From positions 2,912,001-2,976,000 of the forward strand of contig OY776562.1 of assembly GCA_963675785.1 (NCBI GenBank): a DNA stretch of 64,000 bases, written 5' to 3'. Source of the stretch: Anaerolineae bacterium. Its GTDB lineage: Bacteria; Chloroflexota; Anaerolineae; UBA1429. Position numbers and translations under genes: made by a program. Under the pieces are notes generated by a model, which saw only the letters and a program-made list of their open reading frames with translations, did not search any database and was not told where the DNA came from. Shown one piece after another: positions 9,468-18,841 of the stretch (position 1 is its first letter; each line of letters starts with the position of its first letter).

Positions 9468-11105
9468 ATGAAGCGGAAGCGGCTTCAGTTGGGGATAGCT
9501 ATCGTCGGCGTCATTGCGGTGCTGGCGGTAGTTGTTTACTTGGCTTTTGGTTTTGATGCACAGCCAGTTGCGGATTATGGCGGAACCTATGTTGAAGGTG
9601 TCGTCGGTAATCCACGTTATATGAATCCGTTGCTCTGTCAGTCAAATTCGGTGGACTGCGACATTGTCGCACTTGTTTTTACCGGATTGACTACAGTGGG
9701 CAATGATGGCGTCATTGAGCCGGATCTGGCAGAGAGCTGGGACATTTCGACTGATAGCACGGTTTATACCTTTTACTTGCGGCAGGATGCCGTCTGGCAT
9801 GATGGCGCCCCGGTGACGGCTGCAGATGTCATCTATACCGTGAGTATTATGCAAGACTCCGAGTTTCAGGGAGATTCTTTCCTCTCAGAGATGTGGCAGA
9901 CGGTTGTTGTCGATCAGATCGATGAATACACTGTCAGGTTTACTCTGCGGGAACCGTTCTCACCTTTCCTTGAGCATACCACCATTGGCCTGTTGCCTTC
10001 CCACATTTTGGCTAACGTTTCTGCGTCTGAGCTTGGCGATTCTGCTTTTAATGCATCGCCAATAGGCACGGGACCTTTCAAGATGAGTCAGGTGAGCGCT
10101 ACTGAAGTTGAGTTGGTAGCCAATAGTGACTATTACAACCCTCGCCCATATTTGGATTCGATCGTGCTCAAGTTCTATTCGGATTATGCTTCGTTGCTAG
10201 AAGCGCGCGAGCGTGGCGAGATCGCCGGTATGTCTCGTGTTCAGCCTGAGCAGCTTGAAGCTGTGGCAAAAGACGATGACCTCACTCTTTATTCAGCGCC
10301 CCTTTCTGGCTACACCCTCGTCTATTTAAACCTGGATCGGCCTGCGTTCCAGGATCCAGCTGTGCGTCAGGCTTTGATGTATGCATTGGACCGCCAGGCC
10401 CTTGTGGATGATATTGTCTATGGGCAGGGGATTGTTATTGATACGCCAATCATGCCACATTCTTGGGCTTTTGATGATAATCTCGACACCTATAACTATA
10501 ACCAGAACAAAGCAATCAGTCTGTTGGAGCAATCGGGTTGGTTTGATGATGATGGAGATGGAATTCGCGAGCGGGGTACGACGCGCTTGCAGTTTATCCT
10601 CTCTACCAATGAAGATGATTCTGTGCGTGTGGCCATCGTTGATGCTATTGCTCGACAGTTGGCCGAAGTTGGCATTGCCGTCGTTCCTGATACGGTCAGT
10701 TGGACCACACTGGTTGATGAGATGCTTCGCCCACGGGCGTATGATGCTGTTTTGCTGGGCTGGCAGGATTTGCCGCCTGATCCCGATCCCTATCCTTACT
10801 GGCATTCGAGTCAGGCTACGCAGACGGGGCTGAACTTTGCCAACTATATCAGCTCGACAGCAGACGCTTTGTTGCAGCAAGCCAGGGCAACCACCGATCA
10901 GGATGAACGCTACGAGTTGTATCGTAGTTTTCAGGCTCTCTTTGTCGAAGATGTGCCTTCAGTGGTGCTTTATCAACCGGTGTATACCTATGCTGTCGAT
11001 TCTGGCGTCTATGGCGTACAGGTTGCACCTATGACGACAGGCTCCGATCGTTTTGCCAATGTAGCATCGTGGTACATGGCAACGCAGCGGTTGTTGGACG
11101 AATAG
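9468..11105 (+). CDS. Peptide ABC transporter substrate-binding protein (SBP family 5) with N-terminal membrane anchor
   Basis: PDLAESW, WHDG.PVTA.DV, PIGTGPFK and VRQALMYALDR. Confidence 0.9.
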   Translation: MKRKRLQLGIAIVGVIAVLAVVVYLAFGFDAQPVADYGGTYVEGVVGNPRYMNPLLCQSNSVDCDIVALVFTGLTTVGNDGVIEPDLAESWDISTDSTVYTFYLRQDAVWHDGAPVTAADVIYTVSIMQDSEFQGDSFLSEMWQTVVVDQIDEYTVRFTLREPFSPFLEHTTIGLLPSHILANVSASELGDSAFNASPIGTGPFKMSQVSATEVELVANSDYYNPRPYLDSIVLKFYSDYASLLEARERGEIAGMSRVQPEQLEAVAKDDDLTLYSAPLSGYTLVYLNLDRPAFQDPAVRQALMYALDRQALVDDIVYGQGIVIDTPIMPHSWAFDDNLDTYNYNQNKAISLLEQSGWFDDDGDGIRERGTTRLQFILSTNEDDSVRVAIVDAIARQLAEVGIAVVPDTVSWTTLVDEMLRPRAYDAVLLGWQDLPPDPDPYPYWHSSQATQTGLNFANYISSTADALLQQARATTDQDERYELYRSFQALFVEDVPSVVLYQPVYTYAVDSGVYGVQVAPMTTGSDRFANVASWYMATQRLLDE

Positions 11106-11122
11106 CTCTGTGCGACTTTGTT

Positions 11123-11151
11123 TTGACAAGCTGGGGCCCTGGTGGTATCAT
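11123..11151 (+). promoter_or_regulatory. Sigma70-type promoter for tRNA-Leu
   Basis: TTGACA-N17-TATCAT ending just upstream of the tRNA. Confidence 0.65.
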
Positions 11152-11162
11152 GCCCTCTGTTA

Positions 11163-11246
11163 GCCGAGGTGGCGGAACCGGCAGACGCGCCACGTTCAGG
11201 GCGTGGTGGATATAGATCCATAAGGGTTCAAATCCCTTCCTCGGCA
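11163..11246 (+). tRNA. tRNA-Leu(CAG)
   Basis: Acceptor stem GCCGAGG/CCTCGGC; anticodon arm CCACG-TTCAGGG-CGTGG; long variable arm; T-loop GGTTCAAATCC. Confidence 0.95.
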
Positions 11247-11249
11247 CCT

Positions 11250-11280
11250 GACCCCAGTCTAAATTGACTGGGGTCTTTTT
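11250..11280 (+). terminator. Rho-independent terminator after tRNA-Leu
   Basis: GACCCCAGTC-taaatt-GACTGGGGTC followed by TTTTT. Confidence 0.85.
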
Positions 11281-11303
11281 GTTGCAATTGATTAGGAGCG
11301 GAG

Positions 11304-12707
11304 ATGCGTATAGAGAGAGATTCACTCGGTGAAGTTCGCGTGCCCAACGAGGCCCTTTGGGGAGCGCAAACACAGCGTGCTCTTGTCAATTTCCCTATCA
11401 GCGGTCTTCAGCAGCCCGATGTGTACATTTGGGCCAGTGCTCTGGTTAAGCGGGCGGCAGCTCTGGTCAACGTCTCTCTCGGTCATCTGGATGCTGCTCA
11501 AGGCGCGGCTATAGCCGAGGTTGCAGGCGAGATCATGGATGGCAAATGGCGCGACCAGTTTGTGGTAGATCCTTTTCAAGCTGGTGCGGGTACGTCTCAC
11601 AACATGAACGTGAACGAGGTCATTGCCAATTTGGCTAATGAACGCCTTGGTGGTCAGCGAGGCCTCTATAAACCTGTAACTCCCAACGATCAGGTCAACA
11701 TGGCTCAGTCGACCAACGATTATATTCCCACAGTGATCCGTGTGGCTGCAACCCAGCAAACAACACAACTTTTGCGGGCTGCCGAGGACTTGGCGCTGGA
11801 ATTGGAGGCTCGCGCGGCGGATTTTGGCGACATTCTCAAGTCGGGCCGTACACATTTGCAGGATGCTGTGCCGGTTCGGCTTGGCCAGGAATTTGGTGCT
11901 TATGCCCTGGCGGTAAGGCATGATATGGAGAGAATTAAAGCCGCTGGCGAGCATGTACGTCGTTTGGGTATTGGAGGCACTGCCACTGGCACCGGTCTGA
12001 ACTCGGATCCCCGTTACCATGCTGCCATGCTGGAAGCCATCAGTGGACTGAGCGGATTCCCGTTTGTCAGTAATGGCAATCTCTTTGAATCCATGCAAAA
12101 TCAGGCCGATCTCGTCGATTTCTCGGCAGCCTTGCGTACGCTGGCGGTGACTCTGACACGCATCGCCAATGATTTTCGTCTGTTGAGCTCTGGTCCCACT
12201 ACGGGTCTGGCCGAGATTGTATTACCGGCAGTACAGCCCGGCTCTTCTATTATGCCCGGTAAGGTCAACCCTGTTATGGCAGAGATGCTCAACATGATCT
12301 GCTACCATGTCATGGGTAACGATCAAACCATGATGATGTGTGGTCAGGCGGGACAGCTCGAGCTCAATGTGATGATGCCCATTATGGCCTATAATTTGCT
12401 GCAATCACTGCAAATCTTGGCCAATGGCATACAGGCTTTTACCGTGCGCTGCGTGGCTGGTTTATCGGCCAATAGAGAACGCTGCCAGGCTTATGCGGAA
12501 AGGAGCATGGGGTTGGCCACGGCACTCAACCCTTATATCGGTTATCTGGCGGCGGCTGAAGTGGCTAAAGAGTCCTTTTCTCGGGGAGTTTCGCTACGCC
12601 AAGTAGTGTTGGAAAAGGGTTATCTGACTGAGGATGAGCTCGATCGCATTTTGGACGCACGAGCGATGACTGAGCCTGGTATTCCTGGCCAAAGAGATAC
12701 GAACTAG
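11304..12707 (+). CDS. Aspartate ammonia-lyase / class II fumarate hydratase
   Basis: RIERDSLG, GAQTQRA, QSTND, KSGRTHLQDA and signature GSSIMPGKVNP. Confidence 0.9.
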   Translation: MRIERDSLGEVRVPNEALWGAQTQRALVNFPISGLQQPDVYIWASALVKRAAALVNVSLGHLDAAQGAAIAEVAGEIMDGKWRDQFVVDPFQAGAGTSHNMNVNEVIANLANERLGGQRGLYKPVTPNDQVNMAQSTNDYIPTVIRVAATQQTTQLLRAAEDLALELEARAADFGDILKSGRTHLQDAVPVRLGQEFGAYALAVRHDMERIKAAGEHVRRLGIGGTATGTGLNSDPRYHAAMLEAISGLSGFPFVSNGNLFESMQNQADLVDFSAALRTLAVTLTRIANDFRLLSSGPTTGLAEIVLPAVQPGSSIMPGKVNPVMAEMLNMICYHVMGNDQTMMMCGQAGQLELNVMMPIMAYNLLQSLQILANGIQAFTVRCVAGLSANRERCQAYAERSMGLATALNPYIGYLAAAEVAKESFSRGVSLRQVVLEKGYLTEDELDRILDARAMTEPGIPGQRDTN

Positions 12708-13767
12708 CCTCTATATGGCCAGCCTATGGCCTGTAGGATGCGTCTAGTAACACCCGTTAGACCGTACTGAGCTAGGTCATCGGCTGCAACAAAGACTGCT
12801 TTATCCCATGATGTATCGGGCGAGGGCGTGCCGCTGATAGTGCAAGGTAGAACAGCTACATCGACGGTAAAATGAGTGTAGGCATGGCGAATGTGGGCTG
12901 CTCTTGGTTCAGCTTGGCTCTGCAGCTTGAGGTCGGTTTGCAATAGACGTTCTACGCTGCTCTGGTCGGATTCGCCTGCCAGCGGTTCACTGTTGGGTAC
13001 TTCCCACAGGCCACCCAAAAGGCCTTTTGGAATACGTCTGACCAGCAACAAACGGTCGTCCATGATACAAAAGGCTGCAGCCAGATGGTGATGCGGCGGT
13101 TTGACACGTGCAGGCTTGACGGGCCTATCTTCGATAGTGCCGTGCTCAAGAGCCAGGCATTGCTCTGCCAGGGGCAAACATCACACAAGGGTGAATGGGG
13201 TGTACAAATCGTTGCCCCTAATTCCATCATGGCCTGGTTGAAATCTCCCGGACGTTCGTTGTTGAGCAATTCTTGAGCCAGACGGGCAATTTTGTTCTTG
13301 GTGGCTGCACGGGTGACATCGTCGCTCAAATCGTAGAGGCGGCTTAGCACGCGGATGACGTTTCCGTCAACAACGGCAATGGGTTCACCAAAGGCAATGC
13401 TGGCGATGGCAGCAGAAGTATAGGCGCCAATGCCGGGGAGCTTGCGTAAAGCGGCTGCTGTATGCGGAATGACGTTTCCCAGTTCATCTTTGATGATCCC
13501 GGCGGCATGATGCAAGCTTCGAGCTCGGCTATAGTAGCCAAGGCCCTGCCAGAGGGCCAGTACCTGATCGAGGTTAGCCTCTGCCAGAGTTGTTATGGTG
13601 GGAAAGGTTATCATCCAGCGTTGATAATAGCCGATGACCGTAGCCACCTGAGTTTGTTGGAGCATGATCTCAGATACCCAAATGGCATACGGATCACGTG
13701 TATGCCTCCAGGGCAGCTCACGCCGATTGCAATCGTACCATGTAAGGAGCGCTTTGCTTGTATTCAT
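12704..13767 (-). pseudogene. mutY: A/G-specific adenine glycosylase MutY, split by a 1-nt frameshift at ~13171-13174
   Basis: ORF 12952-13767 has WVSEIMLQQTQ, the HhH motif LPGIG, VDGNV and three Cys of the Fe-S loop; ORF 12704-13177 supplies the fourth Cys and the NUDIX-like C-domain (GLLGGLWEVP, HAYTHF). Confidence 0.88.
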
Positions 13768-13850
13768 GGACCTCTGTACAAACGGGGGCCATTGGACGTA
13801 GCCCCCGTTGTAGTTAAAATATTGTTACAGGGTAGAAAAGGAGTGCCTAA

Positions 13851-14003
13851 ATGTATACGACTCTAATGCAGCTCTACTTTGAGGTAGCTGAAACCCCCAT
13901 AGACTTTATCGGTCTGATTATTTTGCTGATGGCTTCGTGGGCATTGATTGTCAGTGTCATCATGGATATATCCATCCGAATTTTTGACCGGCCCATCGAC
14001 TAG
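13851..14003 (+). CDS. Small 50-aa putative single-pass membrane protein (not in the ORF track)
   Basis: MYTTLMQLYFEVAETPIDFIGLIILLMASWALIVSVIMDISIRIFDRPID; RBS AAGGAG; promoter TTGGAC-N17-TAAAAT at 13792-13820. Confidence 0.6.
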   Translation: MYTTLMQLYFEVAETPIDFIGLIILLMASWALIVSVIMDISIRIFDRPID

Positions 14004-15031
14004 CGCGATACGTTAATCATGTCGCGTAATACAGCGGCAGAGGTTGGTACAGGCCCCTTTTCCTCTATCACCGCACTAATGATGCCCATGTAATCCGTGT
14101 AATAAACCACGCCCATATCCCACATGCCCGTTCGCGCCAGAGGATGATCGGCTGGCAGACTTGTTGGCTTGACACTGAGACAATAATCATTCCCCTTGAG
14201 TTCGGCAAGGGCAATGAGTTTGATCACTTGACCATTGGCCTTGGCCTCTAGCATATCTTGCAGCGTTACCCCACGTATGCCTTCTACGGATAAGTCATCC
14301 AACTTGGTCGAGCGTTTGAGTACGCTGTTGGCGATGATGACTAGTTTGTTGGCGGCATCCCAACCGTCTACATCCAGTGTGGGATCAGCTTCGGCTATGC
14401 CGGCCTGCTGGGCTCCCCGCACAGCTTCTTCATAGGATATGCGCTCATCCAACATACGTGTAAGAATATAGTTCGTGGTGCCGTTGAAAATGCCCTCGAC
14501 GCGTGTAACAGCTGAACCAGCCAGGTCACGCATACCGATGTTGACGGTGGGCAATCCTCCCGCTACAGTACCGCTAAAGGCAAAGTGTACATTCTGGGCA
14601 TTGGCAGCCTGCAAGAGTTCATCATAAGCCAGAACAAGGGGCCCTTTATTGGCTGCAACGATCTGCCAGCCCTTTTCTATGGCTCTGTGGCAGCAACTCA
14701 AGCCCGGTTCACCATCTTTTAGATTAGTTGGCGAAGCATCGATTAAAATGGCGGCATCGATAATCTCGATCAATTCGTTAGCCAGTACGCCGGGTTTGCC
14801 GACATTGGGATAGTTGGCTATACCTTGGCGAGCTAACTTTAGGGCAACACACGTTTCCAGATTGAGTCCTTGCGCGGACCATGCAGCCCCTGATGAATCG
14901 GCTGCGCCCACCAGTATGAATTTGAGATCATATTCGTTTTCAATAGCGGCAGTTCGGTGTGTTAGAATATCCAACAAATTACGCCCGATATTACCCAGAC
15001 CGATCAAGCAAAAAGGAATTTCGCGGCTCAA
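14000..15031 (-). CDS. hom: Homoserine dehydrogenase (no ACT domain)
   Basis: GLGNIG, ANKGPL, GTVAGGLP, GIFNGTTNYIL and AEADPTLDVDGWDAANK; likely TTG start at 15031 after GGAGG. Confidence 0.9.
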   Translation of the reverse strand: MSREIPFCLIGLGNIGRNLLDILTHRTAAIENEYDLKFILVGAADSSGAAWSAQGLNLETCVALKLARQGIANYPNVGKPGVLANELIEIIDAAILIDASPTNLKDGEPGLSCCHRAIEKGWQIVAANKGPLVLAYDELLQAANAQNVHFAFSGTVAGGLPTVNIGMRDLAGSAVTRVEGIFNGTTNYILTRMLDERISYEEAVRGAQQAGIAEADPTLDVDGWDAANKLVIIANSVLKRSTKLDDLSVEGIRGVTLQDMLEAKANGQVIKLIALAELKGNDYCLSVKPTSLPADHPLARTGMWDMGVVYYTDYMGIISAVIEEKGPVPTSAAVLRDMINVSR

Positions 15032-15107
15032 ATGGTGCCTCCTCTGATGCACTAACGGCTGCTTTGCGTAAGTCTAGCACAAAGAACCATGTGCACCAAT
15101 CATCAAA

Positions 15108-16466
15108 ATGGAGACTGCCTTGGATCTCTCTCTTCTCATTACCCTACTGGTCATCTTTGTCGTTACGCTTGTCGGCTCGGCTCTTTCTCGGCTCAAAAGG
15201 GATCGTTGTTTAGCTGATTTCGATGATTATTGGGTTGTTATCGAACGGCTGTCTGCTCTGCCCGTATACGGACGCATGTCTTTATTTTCTACGGGCCTTG
15301 AGCTGCTCTACGAAACACCTTCTCTCGATGACCAACTGCATATTGAGGGATCCTTTGTCTTTTACAGTGCGGAATTTGCTAGTGTCACCGGTATTTATCG
15401 CTATGTGGATGATCTGACAGCGGATAAGCGTGATGAGCGGCAGCGTGCGTGGATACGTGCCTTTAACGGTTCCTTTTGGATTCGCTCCAAGCGCAATACC
15501 AGCAACTTTGTGGCTACGGCAACGGATTCTCTGACCAATGCGTTGAATTTGGTGGTAGGCCAAACTACAGCCAAAGCCCAACAAGAAGAACTTTTGTTAG
15601 CTCAGGGTGAGACCGAGATCAAGGGTCTTACCAAACAAATGCTGGGATACGTGGGCAACAAGTTTGACCCTCTTTTAGAGCGCATGGTGGGCCAATTGGT
15701 GGTACTCCAGGTTACAATGGATAACCTCACTACCGAGTACGTGGGTATTCTCAAGGATTATTCCACCGACTTTGTCGAGTTGCTTGATTGTTATATTCCT
15801 GAAGAAATGAGTGTTATCGTAGAACGCGATGGAACTGTGCATCGCTCCTCTCCACAGGCCACACCACGCATCATCGGCGCTGGCAATTCTTGGCTAGGAG
15901 GCGTCGATATCTCTTTTGGGCAGGACCACCTTACGATTACAAACACAGCGGACCGCCCCTTTATCCTTAACACATTGACCGTGAGCGGAAACGAAAAAGA
16001 TGTCATGGCCATGATTGATGCGGGTAAATCTGTTGAACTAGAGATTTCCGGGTACCCGCAGTCTGTAGGGCTCTGCCTGTATGTCATGCTTCGCTATGAT
16101 ATGATCATTCCCCGAAGAATGGCCCTGGTTCGGCATCGCGCAGCGCGCTTTTCCTCTCAGCACGTTTTTGGATATCCGATTGTTGCATTGTCTCCTGTTC
16201 ATTCTCCAGAAAGGGAAGAAAGCCTAAGGCAAAAACTGGCCAACAAGCCGGATGATGCCCAGACAGCGATGGCTTTGGCCATGATGTTGATTGCCCGCAA
16301 AGAATCGTACGAGGCTGAGCGGTGGTTGGATATGGCCCTAAAGCGGCGAGACCAGCTTGTCGATGATGGCGTGTATGCAGAACTCTTATTGGACTATGTT
16401 CATTCCGAGATCAAACGGATCACGCTGTTCACAGAGAGGACGTGTCAGACTCAACAGAGGGTATGA
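15108..16466 (+). CDS. Hypothetical protein with N-terminal TM anchor and C-terminal TPR-like helices
   Basis: 452-aa ORF with a hydrophobic N-terminus; function not recognised. Confidence 0.75.
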   Translation: METALDLSLLITLLVIFVVTLVGSALSRLKRDRCLADFDDYWVVIERLSALPVYGRMSLFSTGLELLYETPSLDDQLHIEGSFVFYSAEFASVTGIYRYVDDLTADKRDERQRAWIRAFNGSFWIRSKRNTSNFVATATDSLTNALNLVVGQTTAKAQQEELLLAQGETEIKGLTKQMLGYVGNKFDPLLERMVGQLVVLQVTMDNLTTEYVGILKDYSTDFVELLDCYIPEEMSVIVERDGTVHRSSPQATPRIIGAGNSWLGGVDISFGQDHLTITNTADRPFILNTLTVSGNEKDVMAMIDAGKSVELEISGYPQSVGLCLYVMLRYDMIIPRRMALVRHRAARFSSQHVFGYPIVALSPVHSPEREESLRQKLANKPDDAQTAMALAMMLIARKESYEAERWLDMALKRRDQLVDDGVYAELLLDYVHSEIKRITLFTERTCQTQQRV

Positions 16467-18741
16467 CGATTTCGATAGTTCCTTCTAAATCAGTACGTCG
16501 TATGTCAATTCCAGCCTCAACCAAGCGTGCCAGGCATTCCTGTGAGGGATGCCCGTAGCGGTTGTCAAAACCCACACTGATGATCGCCAGTTCGGGTGAA
16601 ACGACATCAAGAAAAGCTTCGCCTGAGGCGGTGCCTGCCCCATGGTGTGAAACTTTGAGGATATCTGCATCCAAAGTGTCGCATCCAGCCAACAAAATGC
16701 TCTCCGCCGTCATGTCGATATCGGCTGTAAAAAGTGTCGACACACCCGCGTCGAGCTGGGCAACGATAGAATAACGGTTTTCGTCGAGATCGCCTCTCGC
16801 TTCCGTTAGTGATGGATGCAGAATCGACAGATGGAGACTGTCACCTATTTCGAGTTCTTGCCCTCGGTGTGCCTGCACGATAGGCGTCTCTCTTCCCTCT
16901 AGTGCCTCGTGCCAACGTTCTACCAGCGCCGTTTCGCCCATCACTGGCGATTCAATGGCCAGGCCTATGTCATATCGTTCCGCAAGGGGCACTAGTCCTG
17001 TTAGGTGGTCTCCATCGGCGTGGGTGGCGAGGACGCAATCAATGTTGCGCTGCCAGTAGGGCAGCGTTTCGCCAATTCGTGCGGCCAACAAAGCCGGGTC
17101 GGCGCCACCATCGATGAGGATCGTTCTGCCGCCTGGAGATACAACCAGTGCTGCGTCGCCCTGGCCCACATCGAAAAAGTAGATATGGGTGCTGCCATCG
17201 GGCAATCGTGAGGTGATGGCGACTAGTGCCAAGGCCGTTAACCCGAGCATGGCTACCCAGTTAGGCAATCGCAGCCCAGAATTTGTGGATTCGTCATGTG
17301 GCTGGCGCTGCCGCCGCCAGATGAACAGACCAATGAGTGCATAGATACCCAAAATCCACCAGAGACTGGCTTGTGGCAGGGTGATGAGCGACCAACTGGG
17401 CGTGGCCAGCGCTTCAACGACTTGATTGGTGTAGCGTAATAGCGGCCATACCAAAGCCGCACCAAGCTGCCCCAGTGGCAGCCAAAACATGCCTAGAAGC
17501 GTCATGCACCCGCCAAGAATGAGAATGGCTGGTTGTGCCCACAAAACTAGAATATTGGCGGGTAGAGCGATTAGGGAAAGCTCACCAAAGTGATACCAAG
17601 CGATGGGCAAGGTCATCAATTGAGCCACCAATGTGCTGAGCACCAGGTCTCGAAAGGTGCTAAAGGCATTGCCTTGTAAGGCCAAGCGGTTGGCGATAGC
17701 GGGTTCGATGAAAATCAGCCCTGCGCTGGCTGCAAAGGAAAGCTGAAAACTCACATTCCACAGGATTCGTGGCGAGATCAGCATCATAAGCAGAGTAGCA
17801 GCAGCCAGGCTAGTGGGCGTGTGGCTTTTGCGGCCAGAGAGTTGAGCGATGATCGTCAAAGCGCCCATGATGGCCGCGCGCGTGACGGGCGGCGACCAGC
17901 CCACGAACAAGGCAAACAGCAAAATCGTTGCCAACGAGACCCACAAACCAAGTTGTTTTCCCAATCTGCTGGAGGCCATCATCATAGCTTGGGCGATGAG
18001 ACTGATATTGAACCCCGAGATGACGATGATGTGCGACAAGCCCGTGCTGCGATAAGCTTCTTGTAGATAATCGGGCAGGGTGTGGTCCTGTCCCAAGAGG
18101 ATGCCCACGAGTAAACCGGATTCAGGGTCGGGCAATAGGCGTTCGACGGTGCTGCGCAATGCTTGTTTTATGCCTAGCAGCCATCGATAAAAGCTCGATT
18201 GTTCTTTCATCAAGGTAATATCGCCAGAAATGAGCGAATAAATCTTGCGATCCGCTAGATAATCCTTGTATGAGAAATCACCTTCTTCCGGTGGTTCTTC
18301 GATACTGCCAGAGATGGATAATCTATCGCCGTATTCAAAGCGGGGATAGATAGGTGCGCTCAGTAGGGCATAGCCACTGACAGACTGCCATTCACCGTCT
18401 ATCTCGACACGCTCCACGGATAAAACGAGCTGGAATCTCGTACTACGGCGATCCGGTTCCTCGCAAACCAACCCTTCGATGATGGCGTTACGAGTACCAT
18501 TATAGGTAGCGATGTCAGTTTCGTCGGGGCCGATGGGTTCGAGGGCATATCTCAGCATGCCAGCAGCCAGGATGGCGCAGCAGAGCGCAGCGCCTCTCTG
18601 GGGGTTTTTGAGCACAAATGAAAGCAGCACACAACCAGTCAGCACAACCAGGCAAAACCCTGTGCTTAGCCCCAAGGCGGCACATACCAGCGTGCCTACA
18701 ACCCATAGCAGACAGCCATAAATTAATCTCATAGACTCCAC
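16429..18741 (-). CDS. comEC: DNA uptake competence protein ComEC/Rec2
   Basis: OB-like domain, competence domain (HIIVISGFN, RAAIM, SFQLSF) and metallo-beta-lactamase domain (DVGQGDA, THADGDH, KVSHHG, YGHP). Confidence 0.95.
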   Translation of the reverse strand: MESMRLIYGCLLWVVGTLVCAALGLSTGFCLVVLTGCVLLSFVLKNPQRGAALCCAILAAGMLRYALEPIGPDETDIATYNGTRNAIIEGLVCEEPDRRSTRFQLVLSVERVEIDGEWQSVSGYALLSAPIYPRFEYGDRLSISGSIEEPPEEGDFSYKDYLADRKIYSLISGDITLMKEQSSFYRWLLGIKQALRSTVERLLPDPESGLLVGILLGQDHTLPDYLQEAYRSTGLSHIIVISGFNISLIAQAMMMASSRLGKQLGLWVSLATILLFALFVGWSPPVTRAAIMGALTIIAQLSGRKSHTPTSLAAATLLMMLISPRILWNVSFQLSFAASAGLIFIEPAIANRLALQGNAFSTFRDLVLSTLVAQLMTLPIAWYHFGELSLIALPANILVLWAQPAILILGGCMTLLGMFWLPLGQLGAALVWPLLRYTNQVVEALATPSWSLITLPQASLWWILGIYALIGLFIWRRQRQPHDESTNSGLRLPNWVAMLGLTALALVAITSRLPDGSTHIYFFDVGQGDAALVVSPGGRTILIDGGADPALLAARIGETLPYWQRNIDCVLATHADGDHLTGLVPLAERYDIGLAIESPVMGETALVERWHEALEGRETPIVQAHRGQELEIGDSLHLSILHPSLTEARGDLDENRYSIVAQLDAGVSTLFTADIDMTAESILLAGCDTLDADILKVSHHGAGTASGEAFLDVVSPELAIISVGFDNRYGHPSQECLARLVEAGIDIRRTDLEGTIEIVIPSVESDTSSL

Positions 18742-18841
18742 CGTCTCTGCTGCCGGGCATTGTACCGTGTTAGGCTATCCCTTGTCGACTTGTTTTGGAT
18801 ACTTGGCTGACAAATGCCCTGGTGCTATCATTTCTGACGAT

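Noticed and set aside
12952-13177. Programmed ribosomal frameshift in mutY
   Set aside because: There is no canonical slippery heptamer or obvious stimulatory structure; a 1-nt deletion or sequencing error is simpler.
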